Shown here: piece by piece, positions 61,901 to 64,000 of the stretch
Layout of the letters: each line of letters opens with the position of its first letter
Position numbering within the stretch: the first letter of the stretch is position 1
Source of the DNA: Carcharhinus amblyrhynchos
Taxonomy: Eukaryota
DNA length: 64,000 nucleotides
Direction of reading: 5' to 3'
Assembly: GCA_965287045.1 (NCBI GenBank)
Contig: OZ336893.1
Location: 43,028,001-43,092,000, forward strand
Notes under the pieces: model-generated
Databases searched by the model: none
What the model saw: only the letters and a program-made list of their open reading frames with translations
Told to the model about the DNA's origin: nothing
Made by a program: the position numbers and the translations under genes

Positions 61901-62797
61901 CATGAGTTGAAAATGTCAGCGTTGGACTGAGGTAAACACAGTAAGAAGCCTCACAACACCAGGTTAAAGTCCAACAGGTTTATTTGGTCGCAAAAGCCTT
62001 CAGGTAATTGGGAGTTACAAAATAATGATTGGAATGTGAGTCTTTACAGGTAATCAAGTCTTAAAGGTACAGACAATGTGAGTGGAGAGAGGCTTAAGCA
62101 CAGATTAAAGAGATGCGTATTGTCTCCAGACAGGACAGTTAGTGAGATTTTGCAAGTCCAGACAAGTCAGGGGGGTTACAGATAGTGCGACATGAACCCA
62201 AGATCCTGGCTGAGGCTGTCCTCATGTGTGCAGAACTTGGCTATCAGTCTCTGCTCAGCGGCTCTGCGCTGTCGTGTGTCGTGAAGGCCACCTTGGAGAA
62301 CGCTTACCCGAAGATCAGAGGCCAAATGCCTGTGACCGCTGATATGTTCCTCAACAGGAAGAGAACACTCTTGCCTTGTAATTGTCAACAATCACCAGGC
62401 AAGAGTGTTCTTTTCCTGTTGGGGAACACAGATAGCCAAGTTCCACATGTATGAGGATGGCCTCAGCTGGGATCTTGGATTCATGTCACACTATCTGTAA
62501 ACCCCATGACTTGCCTGGACTTGCAAAATCTCACTAACTATTCTGTCTGGAGACAATACACATCTCTTTAACCTGTGCTTCAGTCTCTCTGCACTCACAC
62601 TGTTTGTACCTTTAAGACTTGATGACCTGTAAAGACTTGCATTCCAACCATTATTCTGTAAATTGAGTTTGTGACTTTATACGCCCTGTTTGTGAACAGA
62701 GCTCTCACTTACCTGACGAAGGGGCAGCGCTCTGAAAGCTAGTGGCTTTTGCCACCAAATAAACCTGTTGGACTTTAACCTGGTGTGAGACATCTTA
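61901..62797. mobile_element. PLE subfamily-B inverted insert
   Basis: Minus arm to ~62387 with a GIY-YIG C-terminal remnant, plus arm after; TSD CATAA(T/A)GCTGAA at 61889-61900 and 62798-62809. Confidence 0.9.
62709..62745 (+). ncRNA. Hammerhead motif (subfamily B)
   Basis: UUAC-CUGACGA-A-GGGGC(AGC)GCUCU-GAAA-GC-U-A-GUGG. Confidence 0.7.
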
Positions 62798-63239
62798 CAT
62801 AAAGCTGAAGCCAGTGGCTGGTTTTGCACCAGTGCTTTCCTGAAATACATAAAAGCGTGAGTGACTGTGTGAAACCCACTCGGCAAGGCTCATTTGCTGA
62901 CTCTGTGCTCCCACTGTTGATCAATAAAAAAAATGTCGAGGGTTGGGTCACAACGTATTTCCAAATTCTCCTTAACTATGTACAAATAGTGGGGAAACAA
63001 CTTGGGTAAGTATATATTATTTAATCATTTGCTTTTATCAAATGTTTTGAGAAAGGATCTTTTCAATCTTAAAGCCCCTCAATTTACACCACATGATTGT
63101 AGTTAAACACTTTGCCATCTGTCTGCCATCCTTTCCTCTATCATTTACAGGTTAATCCTTTTGGTTTATTGGATGAATGTCAGCAGCAAAATGGCAGGGG
63201 ATAAATTTCAGACAAATATGTTCAGTGTTTGTTGCAGAA

Positions 63240-63490
63240 AGAAAGACTTTGCATTCAGGCAGCACCTTAAATGACCTCAGGACATTCCAAAGTGTTTTGT
63301 TTTCTCAGTGAAGTGTTTGTGAAGTGCAAATACTGTTGGAATGTAGGAAAACACATCAGAAAGATTGTATGACTATCCCACAGGGTGAACTCAATGCTAT
63401 TGGGGGTTTCCTGCTGATCACAGAGTGTGGGGGTGATAGCGACACACTCCCCTGTTGAAGGGACCTTGGCAAGAGGCTTGAAGGGCAGCA
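63240..63490 (-). mobile_element. Decayed Deu-domain SINE
   Basis: GACCTCAGGACATTCCAAAG...GAAGTG..TGAAGTG...ATGTAGGAAA as at 48618. Confidence 0.55.
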
Positions 63491-63632
63491 GGAAATGTGC
63501 TGGTGAGGCATTCTGAAAGGGGCAGAGTGGAAAGAAGATACAGAAAGGTTGCCCCCACTTCTCTTGACTTTTCCATGAGAAGGGCAGAGAGTCCACATGA
63601 GTGGCACGCATGTGGTACCCAGAACTTGGATA

Positions 63633-64000
63633 TATTTTATTCTTTCATGGCATTTGGGGATCCCTGGCCAGGTCAACCTTCTATTGTCCATTCCTAGTTG
63701 CCCTGCAAAGGTGGTGGTGAGCTGCCTTCCAGAACCATTGCAGTTCCTGAGGTGTAGTGTGTTAGGAAAGGAGTTCCAGGATTTTGACCTCGTGACAGTG
63801 AAGGAACAGTGATATTTTTCCACGTGGTGTGTGACTTGGAAAGGAACTTGCAGGTGGTGATGTTCCCATGTATCTGCTGCCTTCCTTCTAGGTGGCCATG
63901 GCTGACGGGTTTGAAAGGTCTGTTGAAGGAATCTGGGTAATTTGTTGCTTTGCATCTTGTAGGTGATACACAACAGCTCTGTGAAAGAGCATCCCACCCA
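63633..64000 (-). mobile_element. CR1/L2-group LINE 3' end, runs to the window edge
   Basis: SFTVTRSKSWNSFPN peptide; 3' tail resembles that of the SINE at 54798-55160. Confidence 0.75.

Overview
Eukaryotic, repeat-dense DNA, most likely from a shark or other cartilaginous fish (HE1/V-type tRNA-SINEs, Deu-domain SINEs, many CR1 LINEs, Rex1/Babar and L2 fragments). No host protein-coding exon is recognisable with confidence. The window looks intronic or like the 5' region of a large gene, and several candidate minus-strand exon ends lie in TE-free islands. All recognisable protein ORFs are retroelement-derived: CR1 RT, Rex1 RT and Penelope RT-thumb/GIY-YIG. The most notable signal is a set of Penelope-like (PLE) insertions carrying minimal type-I hammerhead ribozyme motifs. 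These include young 100-264 bp non-coding inserts with 9-12 bp target-site duplications (TSDs), two of them near-perfect DNA hairpins, whose ribozyme stem II changes sequence but keeps its pairing. An older hairpin has captured nearby genomic DNA in its loop. Also present are a young CR1 family (4 near-identical copies, one splitting the RT FADD motif of an older CR1), a CR1-derived 59-bp minisatellite with higher-order blocks, solo LTRs, and a perfect DR4 nuclear-receptor element in an enhancer-like island. Family names come from recognition, not database searches, and boundaries of old repeats are approximate.
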